DNA of 64,000 nucleotides from a virus: IMG/VR virus record IMGVR_UViG_3300028653_000010; one strand, 5' to 3'. Shown piece by piece: positions 39,957 to 49,132 of this stretch (position 1 is its first letter; each line of letters starts with the position of its first letter). The notes under the pieces were generated by a model. It saw only the letters and a program-made list of their open reading frames with translations, ran no database searches and was not told where the DNA came from. The position numbers and the translations under genes were made by a program.

Positions 39957-41087
39957 TCATTTGGGGTAAGGTAGACACATTTGCCCTTTGGCGTCAAGCC
40001 ACCTAACCCGAAGCGGGATTCGACGCTTCTTGGGCTGCTCAACGGGTACCACCTCGTAGTAGAGGTGCACCGACTTTCTTCTGGAATTGATGAATTGAGT
40101 CAGGTAGTGAAGTCCTAGTGCTACTCCCACGATTAGGACCAATCCAAGGACGACCCCAAGATATGCCTTTGGGTAGTGAGTTATTGATCTAATCAAGTAG
40201 TAGATACCACTTGGACTACCGATCCAAACGAACGGCATTCGAATGATGGTACCAAAGACCCCACGGTCCTCTTCAGCTCCCTTCGCACGGAATGCCCAGT
40301 TGGACTTACTCTCACTGAACTCGAACATTTGCCCCCAGGTGCTACTGAAGGCATGGAACATTGGGCGCCAATGAACGAAGCTGGGTCGCATGGCAATGAG
40401 AAGTGACCCAAGGAACGCCATAAACATCAGAAAACCTCTGATGACTACATACACACTTACGACGGGTACTTTAATCAAGAGCCCTGGGGCGAACCAAAGC
40501 CTATTCCTGTACTGACATGTATTAACAGGCTCTGAATCGAACCACAGATTAGCCCACCACCAGAGGATTGGGTTGGGTGTGTTAGCGAAAAAGCTACTTC
40601 CAATGTGAATAGCATCCTCCTCGACGTGGGAGAGAAAGTTGCCTTTTAGATCACCATCACCCTCGAGTATTGATCGACTGTAGAAGTCTAGGCTCTTTCG
40701 CACATGGGACCGATGGCTCCGCCATGTCGGGTCAGCTCGTCCGTAATCCCAGATGACCATTGCGTAGATCTTGAACTCACCTGATTTGTGGAATTGAAGC
40801 TGACCAGCCCCTTCATGAAGACAGAACAGTTCTTCTTCAACCACCCTACTATGACCCCCGCAACCCCTGCACCCACAACCTTCAGCGTGCCCTTTGATCT
40901 TACTCGCAGGTAGTTCCTCGACAGCAAAGACGTACATAAAAGGGAATCTGATACTATTCTCTTGAAGTAGCTCAGACCCTTTAGAGGTCAGCTCCCACGT
41001 AAACGTGTAGTTTGCAGAATCGTGGTGATCACGGCAAGTTAGTTTGAAAAGGTTGTTCTTGGGTAGCTTCAGTTCGTCAAGGCTCAT
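39957..41087 (-). CDS. membrane protein
   Basis: several C-terminal hydrophobic segments; start probably ATG 41087. Confidence 0.6.
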   Translation of the reverse strand: MSLDELKLPKNNLFKLTCRDHHDSANYTFTWELTSKGSELLQENSIRFPFMYVFAVEELPASKIKGHAEGCGCRGCGGHSRVVEEELFCLHEGAGQLQFHKSGEFKIYAMVIWDYGRADPTWRSHRSHVRKSLDFYSRSILEGDGDLKGNFLSHVEEDAIHIGSSFFANTPNPILWWWANLWFDSEPVNTCQYRNRLWFAPGLLIKVPVVSVYVVIRGFLMFMAFLGSLLIAMRPSFVHWRPMFHAFSSTWGQMFEFSESKSNWAFRAKGAEEDRGVFGTIIRMPFVWIGSPSGIYYLIRSITHYPKAYLGVVLGLVLIVGVALGLHYLTQFINSRRKSVHLYYEVVPVEQPKKRRIPLRVRWLDAKGQMCLPYPK

Positions 41088-41607
41088 CGGATTCGCTCTC
41101 GAAAGGTGGTCCGTTATTCGGTATAGTCTCCAACGGTGGATCAATGCAAGCTTCAAATGCTGCCCCGGGAGGGTCACAGATACAACCATCCAGCCTTTCG
41201 TGGCATGTATCGCAATAGTACCCCCCATCGGTCACCCGACATATGTTTGGCGGGGGCGGATTCTTTAATATCATACTGGGGACGTGAGTACCGCAGAACG
41301 GACAGTACTCAGGGTCAGGGATACCCCTAATGTACTCGTCTAATTCCCCAACCATGAAGTCGTACCAGAACTGCTCGCTAACGCGAATGACCCATCGACC
41401 CCCCTTCAGATACCCATCAGGCCCGCTATAGGTGCTGAAGTTCAAGACCGGGTACTTTTGAATGGCCTCACAGCAGTTCGGCCTAGGGATGGCTGCAAAC
41501 TGCTCTCTACGTCGTTCTCCCCATAGCTCATCGAACTCGGTACCCTGCTCCGGGGATCGACCAGCAGGACCCAAGGCTAGTAACTCACGAAGCCTTTCAA
41601 TGGACAT
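41077..41607 (-). CDS. Cys-rich hypothetical protein
   Basis: YCPFCG, YCDTCHER..GCIC. Confidence 0.6.
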   Translation of the reverse strand: MSIERLRELLALGPAGRSPEQGTEFDELWGERRREQFAAIPRPNCCEAIQKYPVLNFSTYSGPDGYLKGGRWVIRVSEQFWYDFMVGELDEYIRGIPDPEYCPFCGTHVPSMILKNPPPPNICRVTDGGYYCDTCHERLDGCICDPPGAAFEACIDPPLETIPNNGPPFESESDEP

Positions 41608-41610
41608 TGT

Positions 41611-41625
41611 GGTGTAGAATACACC
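41611..41625. promoter_or_regulatory. palindromic class-B motif GGTGTA-GAA-TACACC between divergent genes
   Basis: GGTGTA on both strands, 9 nt before ATG 41626 (+) and 12 nt before ATG 41607 (-). Confidence 0.6.
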
Positions 41626-41850
41626 ATGTCGGACTATGTGAAAAGATGGTTTCTAGTTGAGTACGATGGGAACATTGAGAAGAAGGAGCTCCAGTGTAAG
41701 TACGTCCCGGAGCACCACGGATACTCACTTAGGACGGGTTGCTTCCTGGAGTTCATACCGGAATCCAAAGCATACGCCACTGAAGCCGAAGCTGAGGCCA
41801 AAAGAAAAGAACTACTGGCCGAATTCGGTGAGCTACTGCCAGACGCATAA
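41626..41850 (+). CDS. hypothetical protein
   Basis: follows class-B motif. Confidence 0.6.
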   Translation: MSDYVKRWFLVEYDGNIEKKELQCKYVPEHHGYSLRTGCFLEFIPESKAYATEAEAEAKRKELLAEFGELLPDA

Positions 41851-41878
41851 AACCTAAATATCTGCTCTAAGCATAATC

Positions 41879-42148
41879 ATGAAACAGACCATCAAAGTTG
41901 GAACGGTCACGCTTACCTTGAAGAAAAACCGAGAGGTGTTTGATCGCTATGAAGGATTCACGGAGCACGCCCGAGTCCTGATTAGTCAGCAACCCTGGGG
42001 TGACTGGGTAGGTCACATTGTGAAGAACGCGGGTAAGGGTTCTATGGTCACCATCAGTGACGGATTCAGAACCCCTGAAGAAGCTGGTGCGGCCGTGATT
42101 GAGAATGCCAAATTCTTCATTCAGTGTCTCACCGAGGTCACTGGTTAA
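41879..42148 (+). CDS. hypothetical protein
   Basis: 89-aa ORF followed by hairpin. Confidence 0.55.
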   Translation: MKQTIKVGTVTLTLKKNREVFDRYEGFTEHARVLISQQPWGDWVGHIVKNAGKGSMVTISDGFRTPEEAGAAVIENAKFFIQCLTEVTG

Positions 42149-42151
42149 AGT

Positions 42152-42188
42152 CGAAGCCCCTCAAGTCGGAGGGAAGTGAGGGGCTTCG
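42152..42188. terminator. hairpin CGAAGCCCCTCA...TGAGGGGCTTCG
   Basis: 12-bp perfect stem between convergent genes. Confidence 0.6.
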
Positions 42189-42259
42189 TGCAGAGGACGC
42201 AGATATGGCGAAACGTCAAACTAGTTACACCAGTGACGACCTATAAGAGGATTTGTTGC

Positions 42260-42577
42260 TTACCGAGGACATGGGATCCCAGTGGCTTCTCGGCTCGCCT
42301 CATACTCCTTTTGGGCTTTGAGCTCCTCATCATCGGTCAGTTCTCCACCGAAGGTGCTATTCATGATGTCCTTGACGCTCATACCTTCAGGAAGCATATC
42401 CTCAAGGCAGAACAGTCCCTTGCTCGTCGTCCCGTCCTTGTTCTCGATGTTGGACTCGACGAATAGGTGTGGGTAACCATCCTTGTCAATAACGAGCTGC
42501 CATCGACCACTCTCAGGCTTGATTAGCCCTTGTGCTTCTGGGTCACGGTCGTACCGACCAATCGTAATATTTTCCAC
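42260..42577 (-). CDS. hypothetical protein
   Basis: 105-aa ORF. Confidence 0.55.
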   Translation of the reverse strand: MENITIGRYDRDPEAQGLIKPESGRWQLVIDKDGYPHLFVESNIENKDGTTSKGLFCLEDMLPEGMSVKDIMNSTFGGELTDDEELKAQKEYEASREATGIPCPR

Positions 42578-43187
42578 TTTAACGCCCTTTCAAGCTTCGT
42601 AGGAAGCGGTTGGCGCCAGTGGTCATCCGGCTTTGCCTTTTAAATGGCAGTTGCCCAACAAATTCCCCACTTGCCTAATAATTAACCGGCTAGACGAACC
42701 AACCATTTAGAATGGTGATCTAACACCCACCCACTACTCATATCTACCACCCCTGCGTTCATCAACAAGACTGAAGTTGCCGTACCAGACTTGGCCAGTC
42801 AAATTGCTTACAGAGCAACTGAAGGTCTGTCAGGAGTCCTCGTGACTCCCGAAGGTCTCGCTGCATTTGTAGAGAGTGGAGCTAGAGCTTTACAAGTACA
42901 TCCAACACTAAGGTTACACCGATACGTCTCGTTCCCCACGCACGAAAACTCTCATGCCCATCAATGCGGAGCGGAATGCCGTCGAGGGTGGTCAGGTGAA
43001 CCCATGGTTGCACTGTGAGAGTTACTAAATAGCGATTTGACTCAGAAAGCTCAACAGTTGCGTTATTGAGATGAACCCACTGACATGTATTTGGATCTAG
43101 GTATTCAACCGACATCCTGCATCCCTACTCGGTTTTGGTCAGTACGTCTAGGTATGGATAAAGTTCTTGTGAACTCAACTTAGAGCC

Positions 43188-43418
43188 ATGTCAGAAATCA
43201 ATCATTTACCTGAACACCATCTCAGTCCACGAATCATTGGTTACGAAGAAGTTCGGTCAATAGACCTGACTAGGGGTGAGGACGGGATATACATCGACTC
43301 GAAACCGGTTGAATCTAGCGAACGAGTCTTCCTCGACTTACAATTTCAAGACGGTGCAGCTATCAGAGCTGAAGTTTTATACCAGGATTTCCTAACTCAT
43401 AAGATCTACGAGAGTTAA
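43188..43418 (+). CDS. hypothetical protein (transposon cargo)
   Basis: 76-aa ORF. Confidence 0.45.
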   Translation: MSEINHLPEHHLSPRIIGYEEVRSIDLTRGEDGIYIDSKPVESSERVFLDLQFQDGAAIRAEVLYQDFLTHKIYES

Positions 43419-43441
43419 ACCTCAAAAGATAGTGGGCTAGT

Positions 43442-44053
43442 TCACTCGATGATCTCGACATGAGTGAACTTGACTACCGCCTTTTTGGCGCCCCCTTGTA
43501 TTGTAGTGCTCGTCATTGATCCGTCTTCCGTAGAAAAATTCTTCGTGTCACCTGCCGGTATCGATCCACCGAGAGCAAACGTAGTAGAGCCGAATTTACC
43601 TCCGTTATCGTCATACCACTCGACGTCCCCTGAGAGCCCACCAACTGGAAACTTAGAGCGATTCAGAACACTCACCTTGATGAGTTGCCGGTAATCGTTG
43701 ATGATACCCTTGTTGTAATACTCAAGATTGCTCGTGATTAGAAAGCTGTCGGGTGTATCTCTCAACGCTTTCTTTTCTCGTTCCAGAGCTTGTGTTTGAG
43801 AGGCTTTCTCTTGTTCCAATGCCTGAACTTGAGAGGCCTTCTCTTGTTCCAATGCTTGTGATACGGCCTGCTGGACTTGTGCTTGAGAGACCTTTTCTTG
43901 TTCACGAGCCTGAGCTTGAGAAGCCCTCTCTTGTTCCAGAGCTTGGGTTACAGCTTGCTGGACTTGTGCGTCTTTGTCCTGTTTGCTTTCGCATTGACAT
44001 GCAACGCCCAGAGTTGTGATCAACACACATGTACGAAAGAGTTTTCCGCTCAT
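43442..44053 (-). CDS. lipoprotein with QALEQEKASQ repeats and C-terminal beta-sandwich (cargo)
   Basis: lipobox-like LGVAC; tandem repeats; V.V.NRS...V.WYD..G...G.IPAG.TK.F. Confidence 0.65.
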   Translation of the reverse strand: MSGKLFRTCVLITTLGVACQCESKQDKDAQVQQAVTQALEQERASQAQAREQEKVSQAQVQQAVSQALEQEKASQVQALEQEKASQTQALEREKKALRDTPDSFLITSNLEYYNKGIINDYRQLIKVSVLNRSKFPVGGLSGDVEWYDDNGGKFGSTTFALGGSIPAGDTKNFSTEDGSMTSTTIQGGAKKAVVKFTHVEIIE

Positions 44054-44270
44054 GACTTACAATGCCTGCCTTTCGAATGAATATCTCAGAAAGGTCAGTG
44101 AATGAAAATGGGACTCTTACATTTTTTGGTGTCCCACCATGTGGTTATGGTGGTGTCATAGGCGCAATTACCAGGAAAATCAGCGGTGCTGAGTGTGTTT
44201 GTCTAATTAACGCCCCAAACCCCTTGACGGGCTGGCCCATACTGTCCTCCAGAATAGTCTGAATTCGCTA

Positions 44271-44540
44271 GCCAAGTCAATCGAGACCAGCGGCCTCTTG
44301 ACTTGGCAACCCCGGCGGGAAGAGGCTTGGGAAAAGCCTCCCAACTGGATCGGCCAACCCCCAGGGTGACCAACTAAAGATTCGGATCTCGTACAACCTG
44401 AGAAGCCCTGTCCATGGAGACCGGACAGCGTTCCTTCAAGTCGAAGAGGTTGGACAAGAGTTCTGGGCTGTAGAGCCAGGCTTAGCACCAGGTTTATTCC
44501 AACCCCAGTTCTTGGTAGTTGGATCTCAGGTCGCCGCTAA
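44271..44540. ncRNA. candidate structured RNA inside the transposon
   Basis: no credible ORF; several stems (GCCAAGTCAA/TTGACTTGGC, GAGGCTT/AAGCCTC, CTGTCC/GGACAG) and long-range complements. Confidence 0.35.
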
Positions 44541-44717
44541 CTACTTGAACTTCAACGGATCGATCAACTGGGTTCAGATATGCGGTAACGTCGAAGTGAT
44601 CCCGGAGACAGAAGCGGAACAAGAAGACACCTCACCTAACGGAGTCCTTGACCAGCCTTTGGACTTTCCGTTGTGACTTGAGTGCTGATACCTAAACCCA
44701 CATATTACGTCAATCTT

Positions 44718-44746
44718 GTTGAGATCCGACGCTCTCATGCGTAATA
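44718..44746 (+). promoter_or_regulatory. class-A promoter-like motif GTTGAG-N16-CGTAATA
   Basis: 6 nt before the transposase ATG. Confidence 0.7.
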
Positions 44747-44752
44747 CTAGGT

Positions 44753-45964
44753 ATGAGTAACGTAGAATCGAATCTAAGCCCACGAGAAGAGAAAGGCTTA
44801 CAGATAGCCAGCACGAGGCGGATCAAGAAGAATGGCAAGCTTTGGGTTGTCCCCAGCCAGTCTCACGGTGGCTCCTACGTTGTAGATCCCAAAGCTCACA
44901 GTTGCACCTGTCCGGACTTCGAAACCAGAGGGTGCACATGTAAGCACCAGTATGCCGTAGAGTTCACGAGGCATCGAGTCCTTAGATCAGATGGAACGAT
45001 CCTCACCACGGATACGGTTCGAGTAACTTACACTCAGGATTGGCCAGCCTACAATGCGGCCCAGACTCAAGAGAAGGAGGTGGTAGAGGCCCTTCTCAAA
45101 GGCTTGTGCGATGGGATCACCCAACCACCACAACAGGGTAGAGGCCGTCCTCGGTTGCCTTTAGGCGATATCGTCTTCGGTAACGTCATGAAGACCTATT
45201 CGACTTGGTCAGGGCGGAGAGCCTCGACTGACATTCGAGAATGCCGAGAGAAGGGCCATATCACCTGCAGCCCTCATTACAACACCTTGTTCCTTCACAT
45301 GGAGCAACCTGAGTTAGCCCCGCTGCTCAAGACTTTGATCGAGGAGAGTACTCAGCCTCTAAGGGCAGTTGAGACAACCTTCGCAGTAGACTCTACAGGA
45401 TTCTCAACTTCCGTGTACAACAGATGGTTCGATCACAAGTACGGACGGGAGATGAAGAAGGCCAAGTACCTCAAGGCTCATTACGCGGTTGGGACGATCA
45501 CAAATATCGTGACGGCCGTAGAAGTTACTCAAGGTGATGTTGCCGACTGTCCTGAGCTTCCTGGATTAGTACAGACAACGGCAAAACACTTCGATGTAGT
45601 CGACGTGTCTGCCGACAAAGCCTACTTGAGCTATGGTAACCTGGATGTGATTGCGGAGGTAGGTGCAGTTCCGTACATCCCATTCAAGATCAACTCGACG
45701 AGTGATGGATCGAAGCAATGGAGGAAGCTTTGGCATCTCTTCAACTACAAGAAGGATGAGTTTCTAGAGCACTACCATCAGAGGTCGAATGTTGAGTGCA
45801 CTTTCAGTGCGGTCAAGAGGAAGCTAGGCAGTGCTGTTCGATCGAAGATGTATGATGCCCAAGTGAACGAGATCCTCTGCAAAACCCTCGCCTACAACTT
45901 GGCTGTCCTCGTTCACGAGATGTTCGAACTCGGCATTGATCCTGTGTTCTGGCAAGCAGCATAG
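44753..45964 (+). CDS. DDE transposase (IS4/IS5-like) with N-terminal SWIM zinc finger
   Basis: CTCPDF..RG.TCKH (SWIM); AVDSTGF, SADKAY, YHQRSNVECTFS.VKR catalytic motifs. Confidence 0.85.
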   Translation: MSNVESNLSPREEKGLQIASTRRIKKNGKLWVVPSQSHGGSYVVDPKAHSCTCPDFETRGCTCKHQYAVEFTRHRVLRSDGTILTTDTVRVTYTQDWPAYNAAQTQEKEVVEALLKGLCDGITQPPQQGRGRPRLPLGDIVFGNVMKTYSTWSGRRASTDIRECREKGHITCSPHYNTLFLHMEQPELAPLLKTLIEESTQPLRAVETTFAVDSTGFSTSVYNRWFDHKYGREMKKAKYLKAHYAVGTITNIVTAVEVTQGDVADCPELPGLVQTTAKHFDVVDVSADKAYLSYGNLDVIAEVGAVPYIPFKINSTSDGSKQWRKLWHLFNYKKDEFLEHYHQRSNVECTFSAVKRKLGSAVRSKMYDAQVNEILCKTLAYNLAVLVHEMFELGIDPVFWQAA

Positions 45965-46158
45965 GCTCTGGCATCTAAGACACAGGAGTGATTCTGTCTC
46001 GCGTCGGTGTAGAAGTACCCTAAACCATTTATTGACGAGCAACGGTATGAAGAAGAAAAAGTACTACATCACCAGGGGTACATGGGACGAACTCAAGAGT
46101 TTGCCAAACTTTCATGAGTTGCTTGCCGCCAAAGGACTTACTGAAGACGACTACATAG

Positions 46159-46461
46159 TTATGGAATATGTTCCCGTAGCCAAGCCTTCGTCCCTTCGGA
46201 AGCGTGGCTCTCGACAGGGGTCTGTAAAAGGGCGACGTGGTACTCATCCTGTTTCTCAATGAGCCCAAAGAGCCGTCTACTCACTCTGGCGGGACTATCC
46301 GTCGTGACAACCGCGTAGGTGGATTCTGATAGCCGTTGGTGTTCCTTGTACCCTTCAGTAATGTTGTCTCGGATCTTGTTCCGCCTTTGGTCAGCTTTGG
46401 TCTTTTCAGCCTCGGACTTATCTAGGGTGTTGACATCGTATGTGATGAGGTAGACAGGCAT
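46159..46461 (-). CDS. Cas2-like ferredoxin-fold small protein (cargo)
   Basis: N-terminal YLITYDV, later RLSESTYAV; no CRISPR array or cas1 nearby. Confidence 0.55.
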   Translation of the reverse strand: MPVYLITYDVNTLDKSEAEKTKADQRRNKIRDNITEGYKEHQRLSESTYAVVTTDSPARVSRRLFGLIEKQDEYHVALLQTPVESHASEGTKAWLREHIP

Positions 46462-46616
46462 AATTGGTAATGCTGCCTGTCCTCGTGACGTGAGTCAACG
46501 GGCTAGATGTGTGACAAAAGCCTACCAAGAATGAAAAGCAACGTTCATACTTGGATTAGCAGTCCTCAAGTTCTAAGTTGATTGGCCGTAGTACTGCGGG
46601 GAAGGGCCTTTGTACC

Positions 46617-47042
46617 ATGACAAAGTCACGACAGTTTACACTAGTAGCGTCAGCCTTTACACTCGCAGTCCTCGCATTCGCTCCAAGAGACATTCGTGCT
46701 CAAGGGAACACCAAAGTCCTCGTGGACGCTGAGTGGGTGATTGCTGCTGGTTCATACCAAGCAGAAGAATTTTCCACTTCCGGAGCCACTTTTCAGGCGA
46801 AGGTTGCGGGCTTGAAGCACACTGACAAGGGCTTCCGTGTACGAGTGGTAAATGCAGAAGATGTGACCTCTTGCACAGTTAAGGGTGGAACCTGTCGAGA
46901 GTTGGCCTCATGGACACAACCGCGTACAGCTGCCTTTACGAATACGGATCAGATCCCTTCGGGACGTTGGGCGTTTCTCGTTGAGAATAGCGAGAACATC
47001 CTGAACAAGATGACAGTCAGCGTATACCTAGCTGTCAACTAA
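46617..47042 (+). CDS. secreted hypothetical protein (cargo)
   Basis: signal-peptide-like N-terminus, beta-rich body. Confidence 0.55.
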   Translation: MTKSRQFTLVASAFTLAVLAFAPRDIRAQGNTKVLVDAEWVIAAGSYQAEEFSTSGATFQAKVAGLKHTDKGFRVRVVNAEDVTSCTVKGGTCRELASWTQPRTAAFTNTDQIPSGRWAFLVENSENILNKMTVSVYLAVN

Positions 47043-47257
47043 CAAGGGTTCGTTAGAAAACTGCAAGAGGCGGGCATCCAAGGTTTCCACCTTTATTGCG
47101 TGGAAATGTAAGCTGGTAGAGGCAGCTCGGCCTTTAGATTTGGGTTGCCCAACAATTCGTGATGTTGCCTTTTAAGTCCCCATGGTGAGGTATTTAAAAG
47201 GCAAAGCCTGGTCATCCCCCATTGGCCCTTCGAAGGTACAACACCAATTCGGAAGCG

Positions 47258-49084
47258 TCAAGAAATATTTTGCATATAGCGTAGGGCCACCAAGTCAACG
47301 AGGGGGTCACCCACTGAGGAGAAGACGGATTTGAATGAGTCAATCTGATCCCGAGTCATCTCTTTGCCCATCACGTAATAAGCAAACGCCTCAGCAAACG
47401 CCTCATCAATGTTGGACCCACCATAATCGGAGACAGGGGCAACAGGACGAGTATCTTCCTGGTAGCGACGCTCCCAGTTCTCTACAATCTTCTTTCCCTT
47501 GCCCGCCTCTTCCTTATTGTAAGCTTCAACCGCCATGTCCAAGTAGCGATGAGCTTGTTTGGTGATTCGGTATAGCAAGGTCAAGATCTGGTCAATCCAC
47601 TTACCTCGTTCAACCCTAAAGGCTGAGTTGAAGTCGGTCCCGTCAGGGTAGGTGTTCATGATCCGCTTCAAGTCATCATCCATGTGCAGGCAAAGTGTGT
47701 GAATCTCGGTACCTAGCTCTATGATCGGCTCAAAGGCCTTCTTCACCGTTGGGTTGATGGTAGAGTCAGCGCCTGCTGAGTGAACTGCAGTAATGATCTC
47801 GTTCTTGAAGTTCCAAGCTTCCTTAGTGATAGGCTCGTAGAAGGCATCAATGATCTTCGTAAACCAACGGAGCTTAGACTTGCGAAAGAGCTCCAATTTC
47901 TGGTCCAACTGGTCCACTACATGATCCACCTTTGAGTGGGCTTCTTTGACCCTCTCTTCAGGGATGGGGTTGGCTTTGATGTCACCCTCAGATGGACGTA
48001 TCGCAGTCGGCCTGACTTTTACTAGGCTCTCAAACTTAGCTCTTTGAGTGGAAGTCATCTGCTTGTACCAGTAGCGATGACCTAGTTCGTGAGCTAGGAG
48101 TTCTACTACGAATGAGCTTGGGCGCTCGAAGCAAGACACAGTATCGGGTCCGATAACGAAGTGACCTCCAACCCCACCACCTGTGTTGTGGTTGACCCCG
48201 CCGCACCTCTCACACTGAATGAAGAACGTACCATACCAGGCCTTCTCAAAGCCCTTGGCCTTCATCCTCGTGTGAGCCTCATCGATATACTTGATGTACT
48301 TCCTGGCATCCTCTGGTTGCATAGAGTTGTCGTCGATAACAACCTTCATCCCGTACATGTCGAACTCTCGGTAGGCATCCTTCTCTTGAATGACTGACTC
48401 CGAGTAGTTAGCTCTCAAGGTGGCGTAGATCCAATCGACCCACTTGATGGGATCAAACTTATCAAGCTTCGTTCTCTTGAGAGCCTTGAGTGCCGACTCA
48501 TCAAACTTGATAGAGGCTAGAAAGTTGTACCTAACCTGATCAATCCGATCCTCATATTCCGAAGTCAATGAGGCTAGTTGTTCCGGAGTAGCTACCTTGA
48601 GAGTTCGTTGAACAAGACGCTCCACTACAGAATTGTCGATCGTCCAACTCCACTTGAGGAACCCACCAAGAGTCTTCGAGACCTCAGCAATCTTGTCATG
48701 GATTTCGAGAGACGCTTTCCACTTCAGGTACTGTGCCGGGTCCAAGAAGTTGACATGCCCAGGGTACTTGCAAACGAGTTCCAACGAATCAACGATAACC
48801 TTGAGTTCGGCTTTGGCATCATTGGTCCTGCGAGCAACAGACTCCAGGGCAGGCTCAAAGGTAACTATGCTCTTGAAGTCATCGTTGAACTTAGTTAGGA
48901 AGTCCCCTACTTTCTCATCTAAGTAGTATGCCCACATCTCCGACTTGTGAGACGGCATGGGAATCTTCAAAAGGGTGCTTATCTCACTCTTCTTGGCTTT
49001 GAACCACTTGTCCGAGATGAACGCAGAAATCACGCTTCTTTGGAAGCGTGCGGCTACTCGGAGAGCAAGGACGTCTTCGTGCAT
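47258..49084 (-). CDS. zincin-like metallopeptidase-domain protein with RVAARF motif
   Basis: LAHELGHRYW (HExxH) plus SDYG...EAFAEAF; N-term LRVAARF, C-term LVALRY; class-C motif upstream. Confidence 0.7.
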   Translation of the reverse strand: MHEDVLALRVAARFQRSVISAFISDKWFKAKKSEISTLLKIPMPSHKSEMWAYYLDEKVGDFLTKFNDDFKSIVTFEPALESVARRTNDAKAELKVIVDSLELVCKYPGHVNFLDPAQYLKWKASLEIHDKIAEVSKTLGGFLKWSWTIDNSVVERLVQRTLKVATPEQLASLTSEYEDRIDQVRYNFLASIKFDESALKALKRTKLDKFDPIKWVDWIYATLRANYSESVIQEKDAYREFDMYGMKVVIDDNSMQPEDARKYIKYIDEAHTRMKAKGFEKAWYGTFFIQCERCGGVNHNTGGGVGGHFVIGPDTVSCFERPSSFVVELLAHELGHRYWYKQMTSTQRAKFESLVKVRPTAIRPSEGDIKANPIPEERVKEAHSKVDHVVDQLDQKLELFRKSKLRWFTKIIDAFYEPITKEAWNFKNEIITAVHSAGADSTINPTVKKAFEPIIELGTEIHTLCLHMDDDLKRIMNTYPDGTDFNSAFRVERGKWIDQILTLLYRITKQAHRYLDMAVEAYNKEEAGKGKKIVENWERRYQEDTRPVAPVSDYGGSNIDEAFAEAFAYYVMGKEMTRDQIDSFKSVFSSVGDPLVDLVALRYMQNIS

Positions 49085-49132
49085 CTACGAACAGAAACAA
49101 CAAGAGGATAACCGTTCGGTGTACTCATCAAG

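Larger units (their letters stand above)
42629..47208. mobile_element. complete cargo-carrying DDE transposon, 4580 bp
   Basis: perfect 17-bp TIR GGCTTTGCCTTTTAAAT (42629-42645) / ATTTAAAAGGCAAAGCC (47192-47208); 9-bp direct repeat TGGTCATCC at 42620-42628 and 47209-47217; internal transposase. Confidence 0.9.

Noticed and set aside
45936-46262. + strand ORF after the transposase
   Set aside because: Overlaps the better-supported Cas2-like gene by about 100 nt; a shorter version from 46047 is possible but unsupported.
46159-46461. CRISPR-Cas locus
   Set aside because: Only a Cas2-like ORF; no repeat-spacer array or other cas genes seen.
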